DNA from: Glaucostegus cemiculus
Taxonomy: Eukaryota
Assembly: GCA_976551045.1 (NCBI GenBank)
Contig: CDPCPM010000281.1
Location: 9,672,001-9,736,000 of the forward strand
Length of the DNA stretch: 64,000 nucleotides
Direction of reading: 5' to 3'
Shown: positions 12,446-24,449 of the stretch, piece after piece
How the letters are laid out: each line of letters starts with the position of its first letter
Position numbering within the stretch: position 1 is the stretch's first letter
Notes under the pieces: generated by a model
Databases searched by the model: none
Told to the model about the DNA's origin: nothing
Seen by the model: the letters and a program-made list of their open reading frames with translations, nothing else
Program-made: the position numbers and the translations under genes

Positions 12446-14113
12446 CAGTATTTCTGTAAATCTCTTTTTATCTCAGTTTCTGTGGAAGTATAGTTAAATA
12501 TTTAATTGGAATTTTTATGTTGTGTCTGCAGTCAAGACATTCATTTGTGTTGGATGTAAACAGGCAAACTTTAGTGCAAGGTTTAAGCTGTTAGTGATGA
12601 TGCTCTGATGTGTACTTCATTTATTTTATTAGCATCAGCCAGTGTCAGAAGCATAAAACTTGAATATTTGGAACGTAGAATAACGTAGCAATCACCCTTT
12701 AGGCCAGTGTAAGATAAATCAGTATCCTCCTCAAATGTTGAATGATGTAAATTTGAAGCATCAATGACACATGACACAGGAATGGAAGAGTTTTTCAGAA
12801 GCTGATAACATGCTATCACACCTCAAATAACACCACCCCCTAACTTCCACTTTTAACAGAGATGAACAGATGTTCTAAAAGAAATGAGAGTTACCCACCA
12901 AATGTGCCATAACTGTGCAAAATAAGATATTTAGCTTGGAGCTTGTTTATTCAAGCTGCTTTCCTGATACCGGTATTGGCAGTTAACAGGTTCAGGAGTC
13001 ACCACAGCATTTGATAGAGGCATGGATGTGGTTGGAGGGCAAGTGAAATGAGGTTGTAGTAATTATTGACAGCCAATCGGTTAACTAGTGTGCAGTTAGT
13101 GATGCTGAAGTAGCTGATGTAGAAAGGCTCCGCCTTACAGATACAAACACAATAGACCCCTTTGCTAGATATCAGTGAGTGAATTTGATGGTGAATGTGG
13201 AAATCCTATTCTTCAAGTAACTAATACATCTGACAGTGCTTGTCTTTCTCTCACTTTCTTCTTCTCCAGGTGTTTTTTTTGCACCACTGTGCTATCATCT
13301 CTCTTGCTTTGTGTCTCTTGGCTTGTGCGCTTCCTTCTGCACATCACTCTCCCACCTCCCCCAGCTCTCTCAAGCTTTCCCCATCTCTCTGACACACACA
13401 GCATTCCTACTAATCATGTTCCCATTTTCTTTCTCCATCTGCCATTCTCTTACTGGATCATTTCTTACTGGAACATTATTTGAGCCTGGCTACAAGTGTT
13501 GGCTTTGGGTTGCCTCCATGTGCTACCAAAGGATGGTCGTGGTGAGAAAGTCACTCAGCCAGGGAGAAAGCCAGCAACCTGACCCGGGATGGGAGGGTGA
13601 TGTTTGTGTTTCAATTTCACTCTTGACTCGGTATCGGTGCCAAGTTGTTTCTGCTTGGCGAGGGAGTCGTGAGTTGGGAAGCACTTTCCTGAGCATCGGC
13701 TTCAAGCTCACCTCGGTGCCACGGTCACGTAGTGGATGATGAGCTTCACCCAGACGTGGAGTGCCTTTGCAGGCAGGTATCTGACCTACATCTGGGCACA
13801 ATGTTCAGTAAATTCCTTGGGGTCATCTTGAGTAAAATAAAAATGTCCAGGCCTGGAGCGTGTTCCAATGCTTCACAGTAAAGATAGAGTCAGGTCTTCG
13901 TACCCAAGCAGACCCCCAATAAGTAGTGAGGTTTGGAACCAAAAGAGGCAGCGGTCAGAAGAAGGTGGAAGTATACATGGCCGGTTGTTGACATATAACA
14001 GGGAATGGAGTGAGAAGGAGAATAAGCGACGCTAAAAATTCAGCACCTGTCATTGGCTGAGGTCAGTGACTCACCAGTGATAAGCTAAAGTCAATGATGT
14101 AGCAGGCAAGTAG

Positions 14114-14466
14114 TCTGGAGCCAATGGAAGAGCAAAGAGACTGGGCTATAGCCAATGGGGAAAGTGCAGGGAGTGGGCTATAGCCAATGGGGGAGCACAG
14201 AGAGTGGGCTATTAGCCAATGGGGGAGTGCAGAGAGAGGGCTGTAGCCAATGGGGGAGTGCAAAGAGTGGGCTGTAGTCGATGGGGGAGTGCAGAGAGTG
14301 GGCTGGAGCCAATGGGGGAGTGCAGAGAGTGGGCTGGAGCCAATGGGGGAGTGCAGAGAGTGGGCTGTAGCCAATGGGGGAGTGCAGAGAGTGGGCTGTA
14401 GCCAATGGGGGAGTGCAGAGAGTGGGCTGGAGCCAATGGGGGAGCGCTGAGTATGGGCTGTAGTCT
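14114..14466. repeat. 31-bp minisatellite, about 11 units, consensus GCCAATGGGGGAGTGCAGAGAGTGGGCTGTA (or ...CTGGA)
   Basis: CCAAT starts at 14121, 14152, 14184, 14216, 14247, 14309, 14340, 14371, 14402 and 14433, with one mutated unit (tcgat) at 14278. Confidence 0.97.
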
Positions 14467-15042
14467 ATTAAGTGACACTCATTTTAAGCCAAGGTCAATG
14501 CAATGGTGAGGAGAGTAGGCTCAGATCAATGATGCACAGAGTGGGTTGGAACCGTTGAGGTGCTAAGAGTGGTAGGACACAGACAAGAGTTTCTGATGGA
14601 GTACATAAACTGGGAATATTAGACTCTTTTTGCTGATGTGGCACACTCAGAGCAAGTGAATTCGTCTGAGGTAACTGAAATAGCATGAAGTATAGGGGAG
14701 TTGTGCAAAGGTTGGTGGCAGTTGGGGTGGGGAGTGAAGGGTTGTTGATCACCTTAACAGAGATCACCACACACAAAAAAAAATGGTCATTTTAGAGGCC
14801 CAGTACTTGGTGCTGCCTGTGAATTGTAATCTGCTGTGCCGGAAGCAGACTCCTGTGGATTCACATTTTGTTAGTTTACTCGAGCCTCACATTAGTTCTC
14901 TGAAGAAAAAAGCAGAGATGTTGCAGAGTTGATTCTTTTTTCTTTCTTCAGTGCTGATTTTTTCCCCTTTTTTTGTTATTCAGTGGAACATGTTTGAGGC
15001 AGGAAGTAAAATCAGAGAAGTGTACTTTTCCAGAATGTACTT

Positions 15043-15963
15043 GGAGCAGCGTAGTGGTGTAGCGAGTAGAGCTGCTGCCTCAAGGCTCCAGGTACCTGAG
15101 TTCAGTCCTGACCTCTGGTGTTTTCTAGTGCAGTTTGCACATTGTCCCTCTGATGCTGTGGGTATCTCCCAGGTGGGGTCCAGTTTCTTCCCAAGTCCCA
15201 AAGTAGATTGGCGTAAGTGCTGTAAATTGTCCCTACTGATGCACCATAGAAAGCATCCTATCTGGATGTATCATGGCTTAGTACAGCAACAGCTCTGCCC
15301 AGGACTGCAAGAAACTGCAGCGAGTTGTGGACTCAGCCCAGTGCATCATGGACACCAGTCTCCCCTCCTTGGACTCTGTCTTTACCTCTTGCTGTCTTGG
15401 TGAAGCAGCCAGCATAATAAAAGACCCCACCCACCCAGGACATTCTCTCTTCTCTCCTCTTCATCAGGTAGAAGATACAGGAGCCTGAGGGCACATACTA
15501 CCAGACTTAAGGACAGCTTCTCCCCCACTGTGAAAAGACTATTGATCGGATCCCTTATACAATGAGATGGACTATGACTTCATGATCTACTTTGTTGTGA
15601 CCTTATTGCACTGCATTTTCTCTGTAGCTGTGACACTTTACTCTGTACTGTTATTGTTTTTACCTGTACTACCTCAGTGCACTCTGTACTAACCCAATGT
15701 AACTGCACTGTGTAATGAACTGACCTGTACAATCTGTATGCAAGGCAAGTTTTTCACTGTACCTCGGTACAAGTGACAATAATAAACCAATACCAATAAT
15801 GTGTACATGAGTGATAGAATCTGAGGCGAGTTGATGGGCGAGTAGGGGAGGGGGGAATAAAATAGGAATAAATCTAGTATTAGTGTAAATGTGTGATTGA
15901 TGGTCAGCACAGACTCACTGGGCCAAAGGGTCTGTTTCTGTGCTATATCTCTCTCTGATTCTC
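15043..15963 (+). mobile_element. HE1-type V-SINE (CR1-derived tail) split by a Rex1 insertion
   Basis: tRNA-like head 'ggagcagcgtagtggtgtagcgagtagagctgctgcctca' and V-core. Breaks at 'tgtaaattgtcccta' (15235), resumes at 15799 and ends 'gggccaaagggtctgtttctgtgctatatctc'. Confidence 0.85.
15236..15798 (+). mobile_element. Rex1/Babar LINE 3' fragment
   Basis: From 15240 translates as CTIESILSGCIMA*YSNSSAQDCKKLQRVVDSAQCI...IIKDPTHPGHSLF, the Rex1 ORF terminus. The 3' UTR ends 'aataaaccaataccaata'. Confidence 0.9.
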
Positions 15964-17454
15964 TAACTCCAAAAGATACAAAACAATAAAATGGCAAGGA
16001 GAAAACAGTGAAAAGAAACAAAATGAATCCTTTGATTTGCACAATGCAGGTGATTAACTTGAGGGACCTTTGAATGAGTTGCTATAAAGTGTGATAGTTT
16101 AACTTCAACAAGAGTCAAACCAGTGTTTGCCACAATGGCTTGATGTTTCTGCCTGGAGGCTAATCATAAAATTTCTTTGATAAAAGGTGATTCAGAGACT
16201 TGGGTCCAGACTCTTCCATCCTTCATCTGGCAGGAACATCGGTTGCATTGATAAAATCTTAAGGGGAAAAAGAAAGCCAAAAAGAAATGCCTTTGGGAGG
16301 GCTTACTTTTACTTCACTGCATTTGCTATGGAGCTTTGAACCTGGTGTGAAACGTGGTTGCAATGTTCAACCACCAGAAACTCCCCGCAGAGTTCATTCT
16401 GTCAGACTTGCGAGGAGGGGAGCCTTATGAATGTGTTTAAGTGACAAAACTGAGACATTGTTGATGGTTCTCCACAGGGACTGGAGATGGCACAGGACTT
16501 CAAAGCCTGCAGACATCCAGATCTGGGAGTTCTTTTCCTTTCAGGTCCAACCCTGTCAGGCTCTAGGGGGAGCTTGGGGGAGGGAGGTGATTCGGATTGT
16601 ATTTCACAGAGATTGGACAAGTAATGACTTGTTTCCGCTGAAGTAACTGGCCCTTTGAGGAAGATTTAAGTAGAAGTTTGGTACGTGGAACGGAGATTTT
16701 AGCCAACTTTAGCAGACAGTGGAGGAATGCAGAAACCTTACCAAATGAAAGCAGGCCCAGTACATTTTAACCCATTGTTTGTCAGTTCAATAATGGTTTA
16801 CAACAAAGTTTGTAGAACATATAAACAGAGAATATTTCTGAATTATTATATTAAATATATACTTGCAAGGAGCAGAAATTAAAATTTAACATTCAGTGCA
16901 GGAGACATGAATTGTAATTTTTAGATTAATATATTTTTGCCAATTTCTTTCTGTTCATCAACACTTTTGGATAACCAAGAGATTTTACATGGAAAGCAAG
17001 AGTCAGATTTCTTGGAAGGAACTGACCTCTGGCTCCGTCATCTGAACTCTGAGGCAAGTTGAGTGCCCATCAGGAAAATCTTGAAGCATATCACTGGATC
17101 TGGGCACAACTAAAGATATGATTACTTTTGCCCTGAGGCAGAAGTGAAATTATGAACCATTGGTAATTGTGTTTTGATTGTATTGAAAGATATTTAAATC
17201 TGCACTGAACTTGAACCAATCTAAAACATAGTACAAGTCCCTACAGGGACTCCAACCTAATTTTGACTTGGATTTGGGTTATCTGAATACAGCCATGCTG
17301 CACAAAACTAATTATCGGTGATGGTAGTTAATGGGGCATGTCTATTTTCAAGTTGCCTGATGTGTATATCTAAAAGCTGCAAATTAAGCGTTGTCCCTCT
17401 GAGCTTCCAAACATGTGGCCGAGCTCAGTTTATAATTCCTGTGGTCTGACTGAT

Positions 17455-17830
17455 CCTTCATCTCATTAATCTACAAGGCATTTTGTTGCACACACAGTGC
17501 CTGCTGCACTTACCCATACAACAGACACTCCTGTACTTTTCAGATTATTTTATTGTAGGTGATGTGTTTTGAGGAAGCCATGTGTAGGTTATCTGGACAG
17601 GACATTTAAAAATAAATAAACTTCCTCTTCATTCTATTTAATCCTGATCAGGAAAGAGAGAAAAGGTTGCATTTATGTATAAGTTTGCCGGACTTCCCAA
17701 AGCGCTCCACAGCCAGTGAAGTACTTTAGGGAATGTTGCATGCAATGTGCAATCCAGTTTGAACGTCGTTCTCACAAAAAATTGACTTGATAAATATTTT
17801 CCAAGACTCTATGAATGATCAAAAAAACTG
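17455..17830. mobile_element. Two decayed Deu-domain SINE fragments in opposite orientation
   Basis: + strand 'cttacccatacaacagacactcctgtacttttcag' (about 17510-17545) and minus-strand tail 'ttcccaaagcgctccacagccagtgaagtacttt' (about 17694-17728) resemble the Deu/L2-type tail at 29900-30027. Confidence 0.5.
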
Positions 17831-17834
17831 GACA

Positions 17835-17985
17835 TCTAGAATGAAAACCGAAATTGTTGGAAATGTTCAGCAGGACAAGCTGCATCTGTGGGAAAGGGAA
17901 ATGGTGCCTTGACCCAAAATATTGGCTGTTTCTCTCCCTACAGATGCAACCTGACTTATTGAGTATTTCCAATGTTTTTGATATC
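17835..17985. mobile_element. PLE-derived inverted-repeat element
   Basis: Arms 'ggaaatgttcagcaggacaagctgcatctgt' and 'acagatgcaacctgacttattgagtatttcc' are degenerate inverted repeats. Confidence 0.65.
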
Positions 17986-19074
17986 ACCATGCAGTGGAAT
18001 CTTTTTACATTCTGTTCAGGGAACAGATGGGACCTTGGTTTAAAGGCTCATCTGAAATGCAGGGTTGGGTCATTGTAAATTTTTATCCTCAAATCTCTGA
18101 TGTGCAAATTGGAAATATCATGAATGTCATGTTGTTCCATTTTAATGACTATGAGCTGCCTGGAAATGCCAATTATCAGGGCATTTTGGAACTGAACAGC
18201 ACTTTTCCTATGTTAGCAAAGATTGGCCTAAAAAATCCTGATGTTGACTGGTGTGTTTGTCTAGCAATGATGCTGGAGCGTTGTCTGTTTTGACTTCACT
18301 CTAAAATATTCACAGAATTGGGGCCTTCATGTAAAGCAAAGTTCTCTGAATTTTTCAGATAGTGAGTTCTCAAGCAGTAGTTCTTAACCATTCCTGGATT
18401 GAACCTGTCAGCCGCCATCTTCAATGAGTTACTTCTGTGAGTAACATGACCCTCATAAACTGAACGTTTGTCAGCAAGGATTTCTTTCTTCCAAGCCAGT
18501 AATCCTTGTTGATGCCTCTGCTTTTAAAGCATTGTGTAGGGAGAAAATAGTGAAATAACTGCGTTAGATTTCAGTGAATTTCTTGAAGGCATTTTTCAAA
18601 TATCATCACAGGATGCATGTTGGACTGTTTCAGGTTTCCTGTCTGTCAGCTACACTGGCCTGTGGACCAGAACATGAAATCAGGTGAATAGAGCAGGAGG
18701 GTGTAAATACCTTTGAGGTTTCAAGCCAAAGAACAGCTGATAATATCTTTTGTAAAGACAAACCTTTTCAAAGTTCATCTTGGTAATTTCCATGACTAAG
18801 TGTTTTCTCCTTTCTTTTCTTGATCACTAATACCTTTTGACAGCCCAACCACTAGGGTAAACGTACATTCCCTCCCCCCACTGCCACACTGTGGCTGCAA
18901 GGGTTCCATCCACAGGATGTGCTACAACCTCTCCACAAGTCACCTTCTGAATCTTTTAAGTCTGACGTCATTGCTCCCCGGAAGAATAAGGACAAAAGCA
19001 GTGATATCTAGAAGTGGCTGAGTACACTTGGACCAACAATACTTGGACAATATTTCAACATTTAGGTATGGACA

Positions 19075-19490
19075 AGTTTGTGAGAGGAAATTAAACAGAG
19101 TAGACTTAGTGTCTGAAGTTCAGAAGAATGATGTGATCTCATTGAAACATACAAAATTATAACTGGGCTTGACAGGGTAGGTGCAGAGTTGATGCTTTTC
19201 CTAGCCAGGGTCTCTAGAGTTGAATGACAATATCAGAATAAGAGGAAAGCCATTTAGGACTGGGCTGAAAAGAAATTTTTTAATTCACGTGGTAGAAAAT
19301 CTTCAGAATTGTACACCCAAGAAGGCTGTGGAGACTTAGTGTTTGGATGTATTTTGGAGAGAGGTTGATAGATATTTGAATATTAAGGAATGGATATTAA
19401 GGATATGGTGTTAGTTCAAGAAAGTGGTGCTGAGGTGTGAGATCTGGAATGATCTTATTGAATAGTGGAGCAGGTGTAAGGAGTCAAACA
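19075..19490 (+). mobile_element. Old CR1 3' fragment
   Basis: 'gatctcattgaaacatacaaaatt', 'ccatttaggactgggctgaaaagaaatt' and 'gatcttattgaatagtggagcagg' follow the CR1 3' layout seen at 8590-9070. Confidence 0.8.
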
Positions 19491-19957
19491 GATTTCAAAA
19501 TAAATCATGATTCCTTCCTAGCTATTGGTTTGGAATCCTGGAACTCCTTGCTTAACCATGAGGGCATTGGTATAATTTGAATTGCAGAGATTTAAGACTG
19601 CAGATCACCCCAGGCAATTAGGAATGGGTAATGAAGGAGGGAATTGTCAGAATGCGAATGAATTTAAGTAAACACATTACAGCTGGGGATCTTGGATTCA
19701 ACAGATCTTCACAGATAGAATGTCATTGGATGTGTTAGATCAAACTACCAATTTCTTCAATATCTTAAGTGCACAGAATTGATGAAATATTGCCGATCTT
19801 TAAACAAATTACTCTCAAAGAGTGGGTGTGTAAAATGCGGTCTTCTGAGGATCTTACTAATTATGTTTTCAAAGCAATGCTGGTTTTAAAAGGTGTGTTG
19901 CTTCATTTGCCACAGTATTAAGCTACCCAGTCAGGCAGAGGTTAATGAAAATTTTAA

Positions 19958-20107
19958 AAACAGCAGATGCTGAAAATCTGAAATAAAAATAGAAAATAGT
20001 CAAGGGTTCTGACAAACGGTCTCTGACCTGAAACTATGATTCTTTCTCTTAATACAGATTTAGTCTGATTTGCTGAGTGTTTCCAGCATTTCCTGCTTCC
20101 ATTTCAG
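19958..20107. mobile_element. PLE-derived element with degenerate hammerhead core
   Basis: 'cagcagatgctgaaaatctgaaat' ... 'ctgacaaacggtctctgacctgaaac' (20009-20034) ... 'tgctgagtgtttccagcatt'. Confidence 0.7.
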
Positions 20108-21239
20108 GCTGAAGTTTAGACGTTACTGAGTTAGAGTTATGGGAAACGTGTGCCCAATGTGACACCGTGTGCACATAGCTCCTGCCTCTTTGATGGAAGC
20201 ATATATATACTGGAGTCTAGCTGTGAATTGGTGGGATGGATGATTAACATGTTTCAGGGGAGCCTGCTATTCAAATTCACCATGAGCCACAGTTGTTGGC
20301 CACTGACCTGAACTCTACCAGAGAAAGTCAGCTGGGGACTGCCAACCCCACAAGGTGTATACTTGTTTCAGCTGACCTTGTGGGTAGGAGTGGTTCCCCA
20401 CCACGCACACAGCTGTAGCAGCTTCATGTTACTGCTGTTGGGGACTTGATATTTTTTCACCTCACCTGCATGCTGTCCACTTCCCTGTAATTAGTGGGGC
20501 CTATCTGCCTCTCAATGCATAATTAGCACTGCAGTATTTTGCTTTTGTAACACTTAATCAAGTCAATTTAACAACATGTTTTCAGTAAATCTTACAAGAA
20601 CTTGCATCAGAAAACATTGCACAGATGCTCAAACTGCATAATCTTGACCTGTTCATCTGTAGTTTAATGTACCAAAGATATTTCTTTTAACTTAGCTTTA
20701 AAATATTTCACAACATCTTCTCATTTTTAATGTTTATTTACAAGTTCGTTGGTACTCATTTTGACATAAAGTTTAATTTTATAAGAATGATTTTCAAATA
20801 TATTAACAATCCAAAATTGATATTGTGAAAATAAAATATTGATCTCACCAATAGCTCCTTCAGAAATGGGGTGTATTTTCACACTGCCACTGCATTGATT
20901 TCCTAAACTAATCGGCTTGCAATAGCAGTCTGGTAATTTGTGGTTTACAGATTTCCTGTGACTGTGCATTTAGTTTGTGTTTTGATTTTCCAATCCATTC
21001 TATTGATTTTTTTTATTGCGGAGTGACAGTTTTGTCGGCTTGCGTTCATGATGTTAGGTGGAGGTGGGGGAGGGGGTGGTGTTGGACGGCTTTACATGTT
21101 TCAGAAAATGTCTTCCTTGTTCCAAGGGGGGAAAGGAATGTATCCTTAACTTGAAAGGAGTTGACTCCAAAATGTGTTCACTTCAAAGTGATATTTGTTT
21201 CTTGTGCATCTACTTGGAGCCCTGGGTGACTGGAGTTAT

Positions 21240-21670
21240 TCCAAACCAATCCGTGTAGATCTTGCCTTGATCTGTGCACTCATTGCCCATGTGCAAGCTG
21301 CTTTATGCTGGTTTCTGTTGCAGCAACTCCTCGATTATTCAAAAAAAATTCTTCCCTGTTTTCAAATGTGGCTCCATTTCTCTCCTTGCTCTGTGACTTC
21401 CTTCAGCCTTCAAACTGCTTAAGATCTCGACATTCCTCCAATTCTGGCCTCTACCATAACTCCGACATTAATTGGTGCCAATGGCTTCAAGTTGGTCCCT
21501 GAGCCCTGGACTTCCCACCTCTAAACTCTCCACCTCAGTTTAAAACTATCAGTCTGAGCAACCTTTTGTCATTGTTTCTAATCATCGTCTTTCATGGCTC
21601 AGTGTCAAGTTTTATATCCAAGCATACTCCAGTGAAGCACTTTGGTATGCTAAATGCTTTAAATAACAGG
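21240..21670 (+). mobile_element. Old L2 LINE 3' fragment
   Basis: 'ttcctccaattctggcctct', 'ccctgagccctggacttccc' and terminal 'ctccagtgaagcactttggtatg' follow the L2 3'-end pattern. Confidence 0.6.
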
Positions 21671-22204
21671 AAGGGTATTACACAAACACAGGTTATCAAT
21701 TTTTTTCGCTAGCTTAAAAGAAGGTTACTGAACCCAGTGGTTGTGCTTTCACTGCTGCCTTGGCTCATGTCAGCCAGCTTCATGTTTTAAACCAGGGAAT
21801 CCTCCTTGTGTCTATTGTTCAGTTTTATGTTGTTCTTCCTTTTAAAATCTTAAGGCCACATGTCATATTTTTTCCTCAGCATCACAGTGTGGTTGAATTT
21901 GTGCATGAGCTGTGTGAAGTGGGAATTGCAAATGCAAATTTGGATCTTGGGAATTTCTTTCCTCTTTTGAAAGATTCAGTGTTGTCAAAATATTCTGTCT
22001 GAGAGGAGCCAGTTCTGAGGAGAACAGAAACCAACAAGATCAACTGTCAATAATGCAAATTATTCATTTGTCAGTTTAAAGGCAATCATTAACCTTTCAG
22101 TATTAATGAAACCAGCAAACAGTTCTCAAAACATCCATTTCATACAAAGAACAGTAAATTGGAACTCGCTTTGCCTGAATGTTTCTGTGTTCTCAGCCAA
22201 TTGG

Positions 22205-22360
22205 AGCTTCTGAGACCAAGATTGATCAATTTTTGTGAGTTACAGGTTATCAAGGGACACGAAACAGAAGCAGGAAAATAGAGTTGAGGCCGCCTATCTC
22301 ATCACATGATAGAACAAGACCAAGGGGTGGAAAGGCCTCTTCCTGTTCCTCATCTCCTTC
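22205..22360 (+). mobile_element. CR1 3' UTR remnant
   Basis: 'tatcaaggga...gagttgaggc...aaggggtggaaaggcctcttcctgttcct'. Confidence 0.55.
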
Positions 22361-22459
22361 AATCACTTCACATGAAATTAAAAATGACTGAAAATAGACT
22401 CTGATTATCCAATCAGGAACATTTTCTGTTGAAACAATTGACACTGGGGTTTACTGTAC

Positions 22460-22705
22460 AATCTGAGCTCAGAAACTTATCCAGGCCAGGGTGATTTTCC
22501 CAGTGAGACCATGTGTCCTGTGTCTTGATCATTTGTTGGTTTACCATCAAAAAGAGCAATGACATACTTGAGTTTGTTATGCTTTTGGTGAGTCAGATAT
22601 GGAAAAGGTTAAAGGTACTGGGGCTTGGACTGGGTTAAGATGGTTGTGGTTGGGTCAGGTCAGGTTTGGGTCAAATACTCATTTTTATACCCAAGCAGAC
22701 CTTTA
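22460..22705. mobile_element. Decayed putative DNA-transposon end (hAT-like)
   Basis: (gggtca/gggttg)-rich tract ending 'tatacccaagcagaccttta'. Similar ends at 13890-13917 and 40540-40604. Confidence 0.4.
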
Positions 22706-24449
22706 ACAGGAAGGCCTTGTGTTTATTTCTTGTGCCTCAGCAAATGATGAGCTGCTACCTCCTGATGTGGGAAAGAGGAAAGATAAATAAGAGTTGCATC
22801 AGCTAATCTCTTCAAGCCAGGGTGCAGCTGTGATGTCTACTGTGAGACACAGGCTGCTGTCTCTCACTGTCCAGCATCACACAAAAGAGAACAGTAACAC
22901 GACTGAGGTTCCATCAGGCTGCTACTGCTTCTTGGGTTCCTGTAATACAGCAACAAAGGACTAGCTGCTGGTAGCTTCAAGTTCTGAGTACAGTCTACTT
23001 CCATTTACTCAAAGTACTGATCTGTTAATGAACTCATAGTGGAAGGAAGTCTGTTTGTGTCACTGCGATTTAATGAGAGCTTAAAACTATTGAAATCCAG
23101 GTCCTCAGTTGAGTAAACTATTGACACTTAGGTTTTTAAAGATTAAAGCTGAATTTGACTCAGTTGGTCAGGTTGCAGAGGGAGACAGGGACATGTCGAA
23201 CCATTGACCAGTCACGATTCAGGAGAGGAGGAGGAAAGGAGAAATCGGCATATAAAGATAAAACATTAGGGTTGAGATGATTGCATTCAAACCAAGGCAG
23301 ATCTGCATTCTCAGGCGATCACACTGACACAGGAACAATCTCCACGGATGTGAAGTGAGTTGGTACTTGGCACAGACAGGCCTTGACACTAGCCACATTT
23401 TGATTTGAGTGTGATTGCACTGTGCAAAACCAAGGTATAGCTGAAATTAGGTGTTGTCAGTAAATCAGTGAATAGCACTTCTATTAGACTATGTCTTTTC
23501 CCTTTCAAGAAGAGGAATCAGATTTCGATTGCCATCGTAGTCAATTGTGCATGTAATTGAACACTATTCACAGCAGGTTTAATATTCCTTTACCTTTAAC
23601 CTTGAGAAGCCATTCTACCTGTTAAGGCATCACAAGGCCAATAAGTAATACATGAGTTTTTGTTTGAGTTGCGTCTGGCTTCTCATTCCCTGCCTCAATT
23701 TTTCATCTGCGGGGTGGGGTATTTTTCTTTCCTTCTTTCATATATTCTGACTGACAGATTAACTTATGTTTTAGAAGGCAAAAAGAAAACGAGGGTGCTG
23801 TCAGATTTGCTTGTTCGAAAATTAGATTAAATGCCATTGTCACTTGCAAAGGATTGCAGTGTTCAAGCGATAAGGTTACATTTAATGAGAGGAAAGAGCC
23901 TCCTCGCAGGGGATGATGATTTTCCTCTGTCAGGTTGGTGCTTTATCACAGAACCTGATACTGCTGCACCCTGGCAGCTGCTGATAATGGATGATCAAGA
24001 ACAGTGTACCACTTCAATCGCCGCTCTGCTCTAAGAGACAACTTATCGCCCATTTCAACTGTGGGGACTGGGAAATAATTAGCAGCTAACATGTGTCTTG
24101 TGAGCGGCAGTGCATCACCCGCTGCCAAGCTCTTCCACTGTTCCTTCCTTCCTGCCAGGCCGTCTCAGTCTTTGCCTCGACAGAAGGCTCGAGTTCAGAA
24201 GGTTCAGTTACCCACATGAATGTAATGACTTCTTTAGTTAAACCAGGAGAGTATTAGCCTCTGAGCAATCCTTTAATGATTGGGATGGAGAGAAAGGTGA
24301 AAACTGAGCACAGATGAAAATTCTTGTGTCGACTAATAACCAGGCTGCAGAAAATCTCGTGCTGAGAAATGATGTTTTGCCTAATTTTGGTACATAAATT
24401 CATTGTTATGCTTAACTCTGATTTGGACCCCCTCAAAAAAAAAATGACA

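Noticed and set aside
13175-13739. Long overlapping ORFs and a strong-looking acceptor 'ttcttctccag' at about 13269
   Set aside because: CT-rich low-complexity sequence. The translation has no recognisable similarity and I see no convincing donor.
14114-14466. Regular repeat as a CRISPR array or repeat protein (several ORFs at 14063-14478)
   Set aside because: Units are head-to-tail with no unique spacers, the context is vertebrate, and the ORFs arise only because the unit lacks stops in some frames.
15043-15115. tRNA genes at SINE heads (also about 3150-3223, 27176, 47632, 53775)
   Set aside because: A/B-box-like heads run straight into SINE bodies and I see no complete cloverleaf.
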